From: an uncultured Bacilli bacterium
GTDB taxonomy: Bacteria; Bacillota_I; Bacilli_A; RF39; UBA660
Reading direction: 5' to 3'
Assembly (NCBI GenBank): GCA_934096985.1
Contig: CAKONC010000004.1
Coordinates: forward strand, 67,846 to 131,845
Length of the DNA: 64,000 nucleotides
Below, in pieces: positions 19,600 through 29,762 of this stretch. A program made the translations under genes and the position numbers. The first letter of the stretch is position 1. Each line of letters begins with the position of its first letter. Below the pieces are notes generated by a model, which did not search any database, had not been told where the DNA came from, and saw only the letters and a program-made list of their open reading frames with translations.

Positions 19600-20125
19600 C
19601 TAACCAACCATTTCTTAAAACATCATATGTAATTTTATATCTTCCAATATGGCTTACTGCATATTCATAATCTGGGGCTAAAAAATCTAAATCATTTCCT
19701 GGAACTCCCCTATCTAAGACTATTGCAATAACAGGGTCACTAGATATTTTGGGAGCAGAAAATCTTACAATAGTTCCGCATGGAAGATTTGCACTTGAAG
19801 CTACAATATTTACATTTCCATAATCTTTGTCATTATAGGTATATGTTCCATCAGTAATATTATAATTACTTAAGCAAGCCAAAGTTCCACCACACAATGG
19901 GCAATTATAAATATAGCCTGTTAAATCTCCTGTATATGTATCTTTTGCACTATATAATGCATCATAATCAAATTCATCAATTTTTAAAGCCATAGTAGCT
20001 TCATCAACTGTTTTATTTGGATTATTATTATGAACTTTAGATTCATAAACAAAACTATTTGTAAAAGTAGTAAAAATTATTAAAATTAATAAAATTAATT
20101 TTATACCTTTAAACATCTTCTTCAT
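19589..20125 (-). CDS. Secreted 3D-domain (MltA-like) protein, YabE-position homologue
   Basis: Signal/TM segment, then ...TGYIYNCPLCGGTLACLSN...LPCGTIVRF...VLDRGVPGNDLDF... resembles a 3D domain. Occupies the yabE slot between tatD and rsmA. Confidence 0.6.
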   Translation of the reverse strand: MKKMFKGIKLILLILIIFTTFTNSFVYESKVHNNNPNKTVDEATMALKIDEFDYDALYSAKDTYTGDLTGYIYNCPLCGGTLACLSNYNITDGTYTYNDKDYGNVNIVASSANLPCGTIVRFSAPKISSDPVIAIVLDRGVPGNDLDFLAPDYEYAVSHIGRYKITYDVLRNGWLDES

Positions 20126-20202
20126 TTTATCCTCTTTTATAACTAATATTATAGCATTTGCATAAATTCTTGTAAACAATTAAAAAAATATATGACTTTT
20201 CA

Positions 20203-20955
20203 TCATATATTTAAATTAAATATCTTTTTAACGTTGCTATTAGTACTTTTCAATAAAGCTTCTTTAGTAATATTTAAATTTGTACATAAAAATTTAGTTA
20301 TATATTTAATGTTTCCAGGATAATTTTGCTTACCTCTTAAAGGAACTGGTGTTAAATATGGACTATCTGTTTCTAAAACTAAATAATCTATGCCAATACT
20401 TTTTACTACTTCTATAAGGTTACAATTTTTAAATGTAATAACACCATTTATTCCCAGTACAAATCCCATTTTAATATAATCTTTTGCAGTTTCTATTGAA
20501 CCGGAAAATGAATGAATAACTCCAATAACTTTATGTTTCTTTAACATTTTTATTGTATCGTCTGTAGCATTTCTAGAATGAATGACTACAGGAAGATTAT
20601 ATTTTTCTGCTAAACATAATTGATAATCAAATATCTTAATTTGCTTTTCTTTATCAAAATTCTCATAGTGATAATCTAAACCTATTTCACCAATACCAAT
20701 TACCTGATTATTTTTTATCTCATCTTCTAATATCTTTAAATCATTTTGTGTAATATCTTCCGCAAATTCAGGATGATACCCAATTACTCCAAAAATATCC
20801 TTATTATTAATCATTGAAAGAACTTCATTATTACTATTTTTATCACACCCTGCATTTATAAAATAAGAAATCCCATCATTTTTTGAAAGATTAATTACAT
20901 TATTTATGTCATCATAATATTCTTTATAAAGATGACAATGTGTATCAAAAAACAT
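20203..20955 (-). CDS. tatD: TatD-family metal-dependent DNase/hydrolase
   Basis: MFFDTHCHLYKEYY...GEIGLDYHY...VIHSRNA...ETDSPYLTP are TatD motifs. Follows metG as yabD does. Confidence 0.85.
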   Translation of the reverse strand: MFFDTHCHLYKEYYDDINNVINLSKNDGISYFINAGCDKNSNNEVLSMINNKDIFGVIGYHPEFAEDITQNDLKILEDEIKNNQVIGIGEIGLDYHYENFDKEKQIKIFDYQLCLAEKYNLPVVIHSRNATDDTIKMLKKHKVIGVIHSFSGSIETAKDYIKMGFVLGINGVITFKNCNLIEVVKSIGIDYLVLETDSPYLTPVPLRGKQNYPGNIKYITKFLCTNLNITKEALLKSTNSNVKKIFNLNI

Positions 20956-20957
20956 AA

Positions 20958-22490
20958 TTACTTTTCTATTCTAGCAAATAATACTTCAGCTTGACCAACT
21001 TTATTAGGCACTGGGTATTCACCAAAAGTATTAATTGTCTCAAAAGATGTTTTATTTGTATTTAACTGTTTAAATATTTTTTCTGAAGTTTCAGGTAAGA
21101 ATGCTTGAAGTAAAACTGCACCAATTCTAATACATTCTACTAAATTATATAAAATTGTAGCAAGCCTTTCTTTTTTGCTTTCATCTTTAGCAAGTACCCA
21201 AGGAGTACTATCATCAATATATTTATTACATTTTCTAAATAATTCAAAAATTGAGTCTATTGCATTGGCAATTTCAAGTTTATCCATATATGTAGTAGTT
21301 TTTTCTCTTAAAGAAGTCGCATAATTAATCAAATTATCATCCACTGGTTCATATACCTTTGGATTTGTTACTTCACCAGAAAAATATTTATTTATCATAC
21401 CAATACTTCTATTAACAAGATTACCTAAAACGTTAGCAAGATCTGCATTTGTACGTGTTACTAATGCATCTTCAGAAAAATTTCCATCACTACCAAATGG
21501 TACTTCTCTTAATGCATAATATCTTACAGCATCTACGCCATAATCTTTAATATATTCACGAGGGTCCTTATAATTCCCTAAACTTTTTGATATTTTACCA
21601 CCATTTATTACTAACCATCCATGACCAAATACTTTTTTAGGTAATGGTAAATCTAAAGCCATTAACATGATTGGCCATATTATTGTATGAAAACGAATTA
21701 TTTCTTTTCCTACAATATGTAAATCTGCAGGCCAATACTTTTTAAATAATTCATCATTATCAGTTAAATACCCTAATGCTGAAATATAATTTGATAGTGC
21801 ATCAATCCATACATATACAATATGTTTGTCATCAAAAGAAACAGGTATTCCCCATTTAAATGAAGTACGAGAAACGCATAAATCCTCAAGGCCTGGTTTA
21901 ATAAAATTATTTATCATTTCATTTTTACGTGAAACGGGTTCAATGAAATCTGGATGACTTTCTAAAAATTCCTCTAAACGTTTTTGATAATTTGATAGCT
22001 TAAAAAAATATGCTTCTTCTTTAACTAAATGAACTTCACGATGGCAATCTGGGCAACAACCGTTTTCATCTAATTGAGTTTCGGTCCAAAAGGATTCACA
22101 TGGCGTACAATATAATCCTTGATATTCACCTTTATAAATATCATTTTGATCATATAATTTTTTAAATATTTTTTGAACAACTTCTTCATGAATAGGATCA
22201 GTGGTCCTTATAAATTTATCATATGATATATCTAGACTTTTCCATAAATCCTTTGCATTATCAACTATTTTATCTACGTATTCTTTTGGTGTAACTCCAT
22301 GTTCTAATGCTTTTTTTTCAATTTTTTGGCCATGTTCATCAGTACCAGTCAAGAAAAATGTATCATAACCTTCTAAACGTTTATAGCGTGCTATAGCATC
22401 AGCAATAATTGTTGTATAACAATGACCAATATGAAAGTTATCTGATGGATAGTAAATTGGTGTTGTTAAATAAAACTTTTTACTTTCCAT
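20958..22490 (-). CDS. metG: Methionyl-tRNA synthetase (short form, no C-terminal tRNA-binding domain)
   Basis: ...YYPSDNFHIGHCYTT...CPDCHREV...KISKSLGN are class I HIGH/KMSKS-type motifs and the Zn knuckle. Confidence 0.95.
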   Translation of the reverse strand: MESKKFYLTTPIYYPSDNFHIGHCYTTIIADAIARYKRLEGYDTFFLTGTDEHGQKIEKKALEHGVTPKEYVDKIVDNAKDLWKSLDISYDKFIRTTDPIHEEVVQKIFKKLYDQNDIYKGEYQGLYCTPCESFWTETQLDENGCCPDCHREVHLVKEEAYFFKLSNYQKRLEEFLESHPDFIEPVSRKNEMINNFIKPGLEDLCVSRTSFKWGIPVSFDDKHIVYVWIDALSNYISALGYLTDNDELFKKYWPADLHIVGKEIIRFHTIIWPIMLMALDLPLPKKVFGHGWLVINGGKISKSLGNYKDPREYIKDYGVDAVRYYALREVPFGSDGNFSEDALVTRTNADLANVLGNLVNRSIGMINKYFSGEVTNPKVYEPVDDNLINYATSLREKTTTYMDKLEIANAIDSIFELFRKCNKYIDDSTPWVLAKDESKKERLATILYNLVECIRIGAVLLQAFLPETSEKIFKQLNTNKTSFETINTFGEYPVPNKVGQAEVLFARIEK

Positions 22491-22491
22491 A

Positions 22492-22971
22492 CTATACCTC
22501 CTTATTTGTACTGCCTATACCACCAGTTCTTTTAACATTAGTTTCTTCACCACAGGTTAAATAATTAAGAATGATACCTTGTGCATAAGCATCTCCCACG
22601 TTAATTACAAACTCTTTATTCCCTTCATTTTGAAGTGCTACATACATATGTCCCTCGTTTGATTCATTGTTGTAATAATCTGCATCTATAATGCCAACTT
22701 GATTACATAATCTTATATTATATTTAAATCCCATACTGCTTCTTACTACAATCATTAAAAATTCATTATCTTGTAATTTAATTTTATATCCTGTAGGTAT
22801 TTTTACTATTTCTCCGGGTTTAATTGTAATATTTCTAAACGCTATAAAATCATAACCAGCGCTTTTGCCAGTTTTTCTTTTAGGAAGAACTATACTATCG
22901 TATAAATTCTTATCATCAGCAACTGATTTTTTAAACTCCTCATAACTTATTTTTTCAAATCCTCTTTCCAT
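22492..22971 (-). CDS. dut: dUTP diphosphatase (trimeric dUTPase family)
   Basis: ...KSAGYDF...VGIIDADYY...RTGGIGSTN are dUTPase motifs. Start trimmed to MERGFEK with AAAGGAG upstream. The stop abuts the metG start. Confidence 0.8.
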   Translation of the reverse strand: MERGFEKISYEEFKKSVADDKNLYDSIVLPKRKTGKSAGYDFIAFRNITIKPGEIVKIPTGYKIKLQDNEFLMIVVRSSMGFKYNIRLCNQVGIIDADYYNNESNEGHMYVALQNEGNKEFVINVGDAYAQGIILNYLTCGEETNVKRTGGIGSTNKEV

Positions 22972-22987
22972 ATAAACTCCTTTCAAT

Positions 22988-23155
22988 AAAAAAAAACATG
23001 AACCAAAGGACGAATTATTATAAATCCGCGGTACCACCTTAATTCATGAATTTCATGCTCTTTAAACGATAAGGGAATTACCCGTAAACTACTCCAGACT
23101 CACAAAATAGACATTTTTATTCCTTTTTCACCATTAAGGAACTCTCTAAAAAAAA
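22988..23155 (-). promoter_or_regulatory. T-box riboswitch leader (candidate AUG/Met specifier) with terminator/antiterminator
   Basis: Minus strand reads AGAGAG..TGGTGAAAA...AATTAAGGTGGTACCGCGG (the T-box consensus GGTGGTACCGCG, at 23026..23044). A terminator follows: CATGAATTAAGG / CCTTTGGTTCATG plus nine U (22988..23009). Confidence 0.7.
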
Positions 23156-23208
23156 TAATCTATAAATCTTTCCTTCTTTGTATTTACAAGTAAATATTAA
23201 CATATTAT

Positions 23209-23697
23209 TTATTTATTTTCAATAATTTTTGTTACAACATTACCAATGATTTTTTCTTCACTAGAAAATGATGTTTCTTTATAAAAGATTAACAAACCAA
23301 CAATATCACTATCTATTATTATAGGATATATTAAAAAATAACCTTTTAATCCATTTATTAAATCTACATTATTACTTTCATATTTTTTTCTTTCTTCAAT
23401 AAAATTTAATAAATTATTATCAAGCTTTTCGTTAAGCAACTCTCCGTCAGTAATAAAATGTTCTTTATTTGTTACGAACATTTTAACATTTGCATAACTT
23501 TCTACAATTACTGTTAATTTATTAGCAAAATCCTTAATTAATCCAGATTTTTCATATTTTTTTAAAACTATATTAGCATTATCAATAAATATTTCCAAAT
23601 CATCATTACTATGTATATTTAGTACATTCCTTATCTCTTTAGGAATAACTATTCTTCCAAGTTCATCAATCTTTCTCACTATACCAGTATTTTTCAA
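23209..23697 (-). CDS. spoVT: Stage V sporulation regulator SpoVT-like (AbrB-type swapped-hairpin N-domain + GAF-like C-domain)
   Basis: (M)KNTGIVRKIDELGRIVIPKEIRNVLNIHSNDDLEIFID matches the SpoVT/AbrB N-terminus. Likely TTG start at 23695..23697, 5 nt after GAGGTG. Next to mfd as in B. subtilis. Confidence 0.75.
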   Translation of the reverse strand: MKNTGIVRKIDELGRIVIPKEIRNVLNIHSNDDLEIFIDNANIVLKKYEKSGLIKDFANKLTVIVESYANVKMFVTNKEHFITDGELLNEKLDNNLLNFIEERKKYESNNVDLINGLKGYFLIYPIIIDSDIVGLLIFYKETSFSSEEKIIGNVVTKIIENK

Positions 23698-23742
23698 AAA
23701 CACACCTCATTTATAGTGTGCTTTTTTTAAATATTTATATAC

Positions 23743-26700
23743 CTATAATAATGTATTTAGTAACCTAACTAAGTATCTAATGAAATGTTCAGGTAAAGAT
23801 TTATAATATAAAGTTATTATAATACATTCATGTTTATATGCTAAATTAAAATTATTACTAATACTTAATGCATTATATAATAGTTTATCACCTTTTACCT
23901 TGCTTGATAATTCTTTAGGCAAAACTATTTCTACTAATCTATCAGTTTGACGTACTTTATTAATACCTAACTTTTTAGCAATTTTTTCAAACCATTCTTC
24001 ATACATATAGTCTTCGGTTTTTTCATCAATTTTACCAAATCTATCTTGAATATTCTCTTTAATTTCAAGTAGTTTATCATAACTATCTATCTCATTAATC
24101 ATTTGATGAATTTCAATTTTAATAGTCTCATCATCAACATATTTATCATCAATATGAGTATCTATATTTATTAATGCTTGATCATTATCACTATCTTCTT
24201 CGACGTAAATGCCTTTAACTTTTTTTAGTTCATCTTCGATCATCTTTGTATATAAAGAAACACCCACTGAATCTACAAAACCTGCTTGAGAGGAACCAAA
24301 AATATCACCAGATCCTCTTATCGATAAATCTCTCATGGCAATTTTGTAACCACTACCTAAAGCTGTAAATTCTTTTAAAGCCTGAAGCCTTTTTATTGCT
24401 ATGTCATTTAACATTTTCATTTTATTATATAGCAAAAATGCATACCCAATTTTGTCACTTCTTCCAACACGACCACGAAGTTGATATAACTGAGAAAGTC
24501 CAAAATGATCTGCATCATATACAATAAGTGTATTTGCATTTGCTATATCAATACCATTTTCGATAATCGTAGTGCAAATTAAAATATCAAATTTATGATT
24601 AGTAAAATCATTCATTATATTATCAAGCTCATCTTTGTTCATTGTACCAAAAGCATATCTAATTTTTGCATCCGGAGCAAGTTTTTGTATTTCAGAAGTT
24701 TTTCCTTCCAATCCTGCAATATTGTTATATAAAATATATACTTGACCTTTTCTGCTTAATTCTTTATAGATAGCATCTTTTATTACATAATTATCTTCAC
24801 TAGTAACATACGTTTGAACAGGATATCTATTACTTGGGGCTGTTTCAATTATGGAAAGATTTCTTAGCCCTGATAAAGCCATTTTAAGCGTTCTTGGTAT
24901 AGGTGTCGCAGATAAAGCTAAAACATTAATATCATTTTTTAACTCCTTAATCTTTTCTTTATGTTTTACGCCAAATCTTTGTTCCTCATCAATTATTAAT
25001 AAACCTAATTTTTTATATTTAATTTTATCATTAAATATTTTATGAGTTCCAAAAAGTATATCAATACTGCCCTTTTCTAGTCCATCAAGAATTTCTTTTT
25101 CTTCTTTTGAGGTTGTAAATCTATTATATAATTTTATGTTTACTGGCCATGAAGCAAACCTTTTTAAAGCTACGTTATATTGTTGCTTTGATAAAATAGT
25201 TGTGGGACATAAATAAATAACTTGTTTATTATTTAAAACCGCTTTAAACATAGTTCTTAGAGCAACTTCGGTTTTTCCAAAACCAACATCTCCACATAAC
25301 AATCTATCCATTGGATTTCCACTTGATAAATCATCAGTAATATCATTGATAGCTTTTTGCTGATCAGGGGTTAAATCATAAGTAAATTCTTTAGCAAATA
25401 TTAACTCTTCCTCATAAAATTTATATGGTTCAACTTTTACTGCAATCCGTTTTTGATATAGGTCAATAAGTTCTTCTGTAATGTCTTTAATTTTTGATTC
25501 AACATATTTTCTTGTTTTTAACCAAGATGATGAATTAAGCCTATTTAATTTAGGTTTTATACCATCTTTGTCAGAATATTTATATATGTTTTCAATTTTC
25601 TGTACGGGCACATAGATTTTATCATTATCCATATATAATAGCTGAATATAATCTTTTGTTATATTGCCACTAGTTAAACTAACTATACCATTATAAATTC
25701 CTATTCCATGATTGATATGAACTACATAATCACCTTTATTTAATTCATTATAGTCCGTTATTTTTTTGCCACCATATAAGTTGTTTTGATATTTATAATC
25801 TCTTTTGATTTCATCTATATCATATTCACCGATAACAACATATGATTCAAAAATAAAGCCATGATTTATTTTTTGTTTAATAATCTTTACATCAGAAAAT
25901 AGTTTTTTAATATTTTTTATCTCTTGTTCATTTGATAAACAAAATATGACTTGTTTTTTTTCATTAATCCAATTTTTTACTTTAGTTTCCAAAAGATTTA
26001 AATCATTATTAAAATTTTCAATTTGGAAAGATTTGTATTCAATATCTTTACTTGATGTTCTAAAAGTATTCAAACTTAATTCATATTTTATATATATGTC
26101 ATTTAAATCAAACATTAGCTTTTCTTTAACATCATTGGCTTTTTTATATTCTAAAATTTCTTCAGAAAGTTTTTTATATGCAGCTTCTATTTGAGGCCTT
26201 TCAATATTAATTACAAGTGGATCTTCTAAATAATCATATATTGATATAACATTTTTTGTTTTTATTTCATCAACAGGCTTTATTATTAGACTATCAATTT
26301 TATTAATCGTCATTTGACTTGTTTCATCAAAATATCTTATTCCAATTATTTTATCATCGTCTAATTCAATTCTTAATGGATGAACTTCATTTATAGGGAA
26401 AATATCTATTATCATGCCACGTACAGAAAAATCACCTGTAGCAGCCGTAATTGAGTCTTTATGATATCCCATATTTATTAATTTTTCTATTACATTATTT
26501 CGTTCTATTTCCTTATTAATTTCTAATTTGATAAGATTTTTTGAAATTTCATCTTTATTTGGCAAATACATTAAATATGCCATTAAATTGCATATAATAA
26601 TATGTTTCGAAGAATTTGCTTTATCTAAGGTGTTTAATCTTGTTAACTTTAATTCTGGTGATGCTGCTACCATTGATGAAACAAAATCATCCATTAAAAA

Positions 26701-26898
26701 TAGTAAACATTTGTCAGTATAAGTCTGAAGTAAATTATAATAATTATTTGATTCATAAATATTACTTGTTAATATTATTATATTTTTTTGACTTTTTTTA
26801 AATAAATTTAACACATAAAAAACATTTAACTCAGAAGTTAAACCACATATTACAGAATCATTTTCATATGTAAAAATATTATTTAAAAAATCCATCAT
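23743..26898 (-). CDS. mfd: Transcription-repair coupling factor
   Basis: 1051 aa; ...LLCGDVGFGKTEVA...DEEQRFGV...LSATPIPRT...LRGRVGRS are superfamily-2 helicase motifs, with the CarD-like region YVVHINHGIG. Confidence 0.9.
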   Translation of the reverse strand: MMDFLNNIFTYENDSVICGLTSELNVFYVLNLFKKSQKNIIILTSNIYESNNYYNLLQTYTDKCLLFLMDDFVSSMVAASPELKLTRLNTLDKANSSKHIIICNLMAYLMYLPNKDEISKNLIKLEINKEIERNNVIEKLINMGYHKDSITAATGDFSVRGMIIDIFPINEVHPLRIELDDDKIIGIRYFDETSQMTINKIDSLIIKPVDEIKTKNVISIYDYLEDPLVINIERPQIEAAYKKLSEEILEYKKANDVKEKLMFDLNDIYIKYELSLNTFRTSSKDIEYKSFQIENFNNDLNLLETKVKNWINEKKQVIFCLSNEQEIKNIKKLFSDVKIIKQKINHGFIFESYVVIGEYDIDEIKRDYKYQNNLYGGKKITDYNELNKGDYVVHINHGIGIYNGIVSLTSGNITKDYIQLLYMDNDKIYVPVQKIENIYKYSDKDGIKPKLNRLNSSSWLKTRKYVESKIKDITEELIDLYQKRIAVKVEPYKFYEEELIFAKEFTYDLTPDQQKAINDITDDLSSGNPMDRLLCGDVGFGKTEVALRTMFKAVLNNKQVIYLCPTTILSKQQYNVALKRFASWPVNIKLYNRFTTSKEEKEILDGLEKGSIDILFGTHKIFNDKIKYKKLGLLIIDEEQRFGVKHKEKIKELKNDINVLALSATPIPRTLKMALSGLRNLSIIETAPSNRYPVQTYVTSEDNYVIKDAIYKELSRKGQVYILYNNIAGLEGKTSEIQKLAPDAKIRYAFGTMNKDELDNIMNDFTNHKFDILICTTIIENGIDIANANTLIVYDADHFGLSQLYQLRGRVGRSDKIGYAFLLYNKMKMLNDIAIKRLQALKEFTALGSGYKIAMRDLSIRGSGDIFGSSQAGFVDSVGVSLYTKMIEDELKKVKGIYVEEDSDNDQALINIDTHIDDKYVDDETIKIEIHQMINEIDSYDKLLEIKENIQDRFGKIDEKTEDYMYEEWFEKIAKKLGINKVRQTDRLVEIVLPKELSSKVKGDKLLYNALSISNNFNLAYKHECIIITLYYKSLPEHFIRYLVRLLNTLL

Positions 26899-27446
26899 TC
26901 ACCTTTTTTATTATAAGTATTCATACATTTTTCAATACCATAAATTATAAAACAATCTATCATTTCAGAATATTTAGCATTGTTTAGACTTTCAAGTTCA
27001 TCATTTGATAAATTTCCTAAAACATAATCTTTTATATCATTATTAGTTTCGTGGCCAATCCCAACCTTTAAATGACAAAATTTCTGCGTACCTAAAGAAT
27101 TAATAATGGATTTTATTCCATTATGCCCACCTGCAGATGAATCAAATTTAAAACGATATTGTCCACATTTTAAATCCAAATCATCATGAATAATTAATAT
27201 ATCTTCAAAATTTATTTTATAAAAATTTACAACTTTTACTACCGCAAAACCAGATAAATTCATATATGTTAAAGGTTTTAAAAAAATTACTTTTTCATTA
27301 TTAATAGATTTTATAACATATTCATAATTATCTTTTGTAAGCCATCTTTCATTTTTTAAATAATTATCTAATAATATAAAACCAACGTTATGTCTTGTAT
27401 ATTTATATTCTTTTCCTGGATTTCCTAATCCTACTATTAACTTCAT
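26895..27446 (-). CDS. pth: Peptidyl-tRNA hydrolase
   Basis: MKLIVGLGNPGKEYKYTRHNVGF...GGHNGIKSI are Pth motifs. Confidence 0.95.
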   Translation of the reverse strand: MKLIVGLGNPGKEYKYTRHNVGFILLDNYLKNERWLTKDNYEYVIKSINNEKVIFLKPLTYMNLSGFAVVKVVNFYKINFEDILIIHDDLDLKCGQYRFKFDSSAGGHNGIKSIINSLGTQKFCHLKVGIGHETNNDIKDYVLGNLSNDELESLNNAKYSEMIDCFIIYGIEKCMNTYNKKGE

Positions 27447-27469
27447 ACCATCATTTAATAATTAAAAAA

Positions 27470-28186
27470 CTAATTATTCCCTTTCTTTTTAAATACATTT
27501 TTATATGTTTTTAGATTTTCTATACAAATAACGTCATTAATTTTTACGTGATTTTTACTATTCTTAATACACTTAACTATAACTATTGACGGACTTGCAT
27601 TTGATTTTGTTTTTACTAATTGAACTTCTTTAATATTAAGATTATATTTATTTCCTAATATAAATAACTCGTCTAGCCTTTCGGTTCTATTTATTATATA
27701 TAAAATTCCTTTATTTTCAAGATAGTTTTTTGCAACGATAAATATATCTTCAAGTTTTAACAAAACTTCATGTCTAGCAATCATTTTCTCTTGCACATCA
27801 TTGACCATTTTCCCATTATATTCAAAATATGGTGGATTACACATCATTATACTAAATGACTCTTTTTTAAAATAACTACCAATGTTTTTGACATCATCAT
27901 TGATTATTGTTATTTGATTTTCTAAATTATTAATTTCAACCGATTTTTTGGCCAATTCAGAAATCTTAGATTGTATTTCAAAACCAACAATTGAAAATGA
28001 AGTATATTTAGATAAGATTAAACATGCAGCTCCATTACCAGTACAAATGTCTAGTATCTTACCACTTATATTATATTTTTGCACAAATTCTGGTAATAAT
28101 ATTGAATCTAACGAAAACTTAAAAAAATCGGTATTTTGAAATATATACCTATTCTCATAATCAAATAAATCATTTTTTACGATCAT
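27470..28186 (-). CDS. SAM-dependent methyltransferase, YabB/TrmN6-like (NPPY class)
   Basis: ...ILDICTGNGAACLIL... and MCNPPYF motifs. Sits in the yabB slot after yaaT. Confidence 0.6.
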   Translation of the reverse strand: MIVKNDLFDYENRYIFQNTDFFKFSLDSILLPEFVQKYNISGKILDICTGNGAACLILSKYTSFSIVGFEIQSKISELAKKSVEINNLENQITIINDDVKNIGSYFKKESFSIMMCNPPYFEYNGKMVNDVQEKMIARHEVLLKLEDIFIVAKNYLENKGILYIINRTERLDELFILGNKYNLNIKEVQLVKTKSNASPSIVIVKCIKNSKNHVKINDVICIENLKTYKNVFKKKGNN

Positions 28187-28952
28187 TTTTTATTTGCTCC
28201 GCATCAATAATAAGTTTTTCTTCTTCACATGCTATTTTATATTTTTTATTTAATATATCAACACTAAGGATAGTTGCATCTTTGCCATTGTATTTAATAA
28301 TATTTCCCACTGATAATAAATTTTTACTGCATTTTATATATTCTTCGTCTTCATAATTTAAACAGCATAATAACCTGCCACAGCAACCATTAATTTTTGA
28401 TGGGTTAAGCGCTAAATTCTGATTTTTTGCCATATTCATTGTAATAGAATCAAATTGATTTAAAAATCTAGAACAACACATTTTTTGACCACAAATGCCA
28501 ATTCCACCAATTTGTTTTGCTTTATCTCTTGCGCCAACTTGTCTTAATTCGATCCTTGTTCTATATATACTTGCAAGTTTTTTTGCAAGTTCTCTAAAAT
28601 CTATTCTGTCATCTGCATAAAAGTTAAATAATAATTGGCTTCGATCTAAATTATATTGAGCGTTTAATATATGCATATCCAATTTTAAATCATTAGCAAG
28701 GCTTTTTGCTTTGTTTAGTGCTATATCAGCATCTTTTAAATTTCTATAAAAATTGTTTTTATCTTCTTCTGAAGCTTTTCTAATAATTTGTTTATATTCA
28801 TTATTATCATTTTCAAATTTTTTAACTATTTTACCGAACTGATGACCCTTTTCAGTGTCTACAATTACTTCATCATCAATCTCAAAACGTTCTTCACTTT
28901 GAAAGTAATAACATTTACAATTACCTTTATAACATATAGCATAACTAATCAT
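28170..28952 (-). CDS. ricT: PSP1-domain protein RicT/YaaT (stage 0 sporulation protein)
   Basis: ...RQVGARDKAKQIGGIGICGQKMCCSRFL...NGCCGRLLCCLNYE is the Cys-rich PSP1 signature. Follows holB. Confidence 0.8.
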   Translation of the reverse strand: MISYAICYKGNCKCYYFQSEERFEIDDEVIVDTEKGHQFGKIVKKFENDNNEYKQIIRKASEEDKNNFYRNLKDADIALNKAKSLANDLKLDMHILNAQYNLDRSQLLFNFYADDRIDFRELAKKLASIYRTRIELRQVGARDKAKQIGGIGICGQKMCCSRFLNQFDSITMNMAKNQNLALNPSKINGCCGRLLCCLNYEDEEYIKCSKNLLSVGNIIKYNGKDATILSVDILNKKYKIACEEEKLIIDAEQIKNDRKK

Positions 28953-29745
28953 TTAAAACTCCTAACTCAAGGGTTAATGCATCTAACATTAAATTTATAT
29001 TTAAATTATATTGGCCCTCATATAAATATTTTGATAAAATTTGTAATTTTTTAAAATTATTAGGATATGGGTTATCACTATGAAATGCATTACAATATAT
29101 TTGATTAACAATTTTAAGCAAAGTAATAACTTCGTTTCTATCTTTATAATTCTTCAAAACTACACTATTATTATACAAAACAATATTTAAATTATCTAGT
29201 TCTATATTATTAATATAATCTAATGCTGTATTATAGTATTTTTCATATTCATCTTTTGATAACTTAAACTTTTCTTCAACTAAAATATTTTGATAATTTA
29301 CTTTAATAATTTCACATCTACTTATAATTGTACTAGCTATATTTTCTTTTGAATTTGTTATAAAAAATCCTAAAATATTAGCCTCCGGTTCTTCAAGAAA
29401 CTTTAATATTTTATTATAAGCAGAGGAATTCATTTTTTCAGGATTAACAATTATATATATACTTTTATCAGTATACATAGAAGACAAACTAAAAGATTTT
29501 TGTAAAAATTCAATATCATCTTTTTTTATAGTTTTTTCACTAGAATTTATGATAATTAAGCTAGGAAGCGTGTTATTATCTATAAGTGTATTAATATTTT
29601 GAATATCTTTAAATATTTCTTTGACAACTTCTTTTAATTCCAATAAACATCTATCAACATTATTTGTTTCAATTAAATAGGCATGAGCTAGTTTATTCTC
29701 ATGATATATATTTATTAATTCCAAAAGTGCTGCATTTATATTCAT
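28945..29745 (-). CDS. holB: DNA polymerase III delta-prime subunit
   Basis: 266 aa; ...KLAHAYLIE..., ...NKILKFLEEPE..., ...TIISRC... are clamp-loader delta-prime patterns, in the syntenic position. Confidence 0.7.
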   Translation of the reverse strand: MNINAALLELINIYHENKLAHAYLIETNNVDRCLLELKEVVKEIFKDIQNINTLIDNNTLPSLIIINSSEKTIKKDDIEFLQKSFSLSSMYTDKSIYIIVNPEKMNSSAYNKILKFLEEPEANILGFFITNSKENIASTIISRCEIIKVNYQNILVEEKFKLSKDEYEKYYNTALDYINNIELDNLNIVLYNNSVVLKNYKDRNEVITLLKIVNQIYCNAFHSDNPYPNNFKKLQILSKYLYEGQYNLNINLMLDALTLELGVLND

Positions 29746-29762
29746 TAGTACTCCTCATATTA

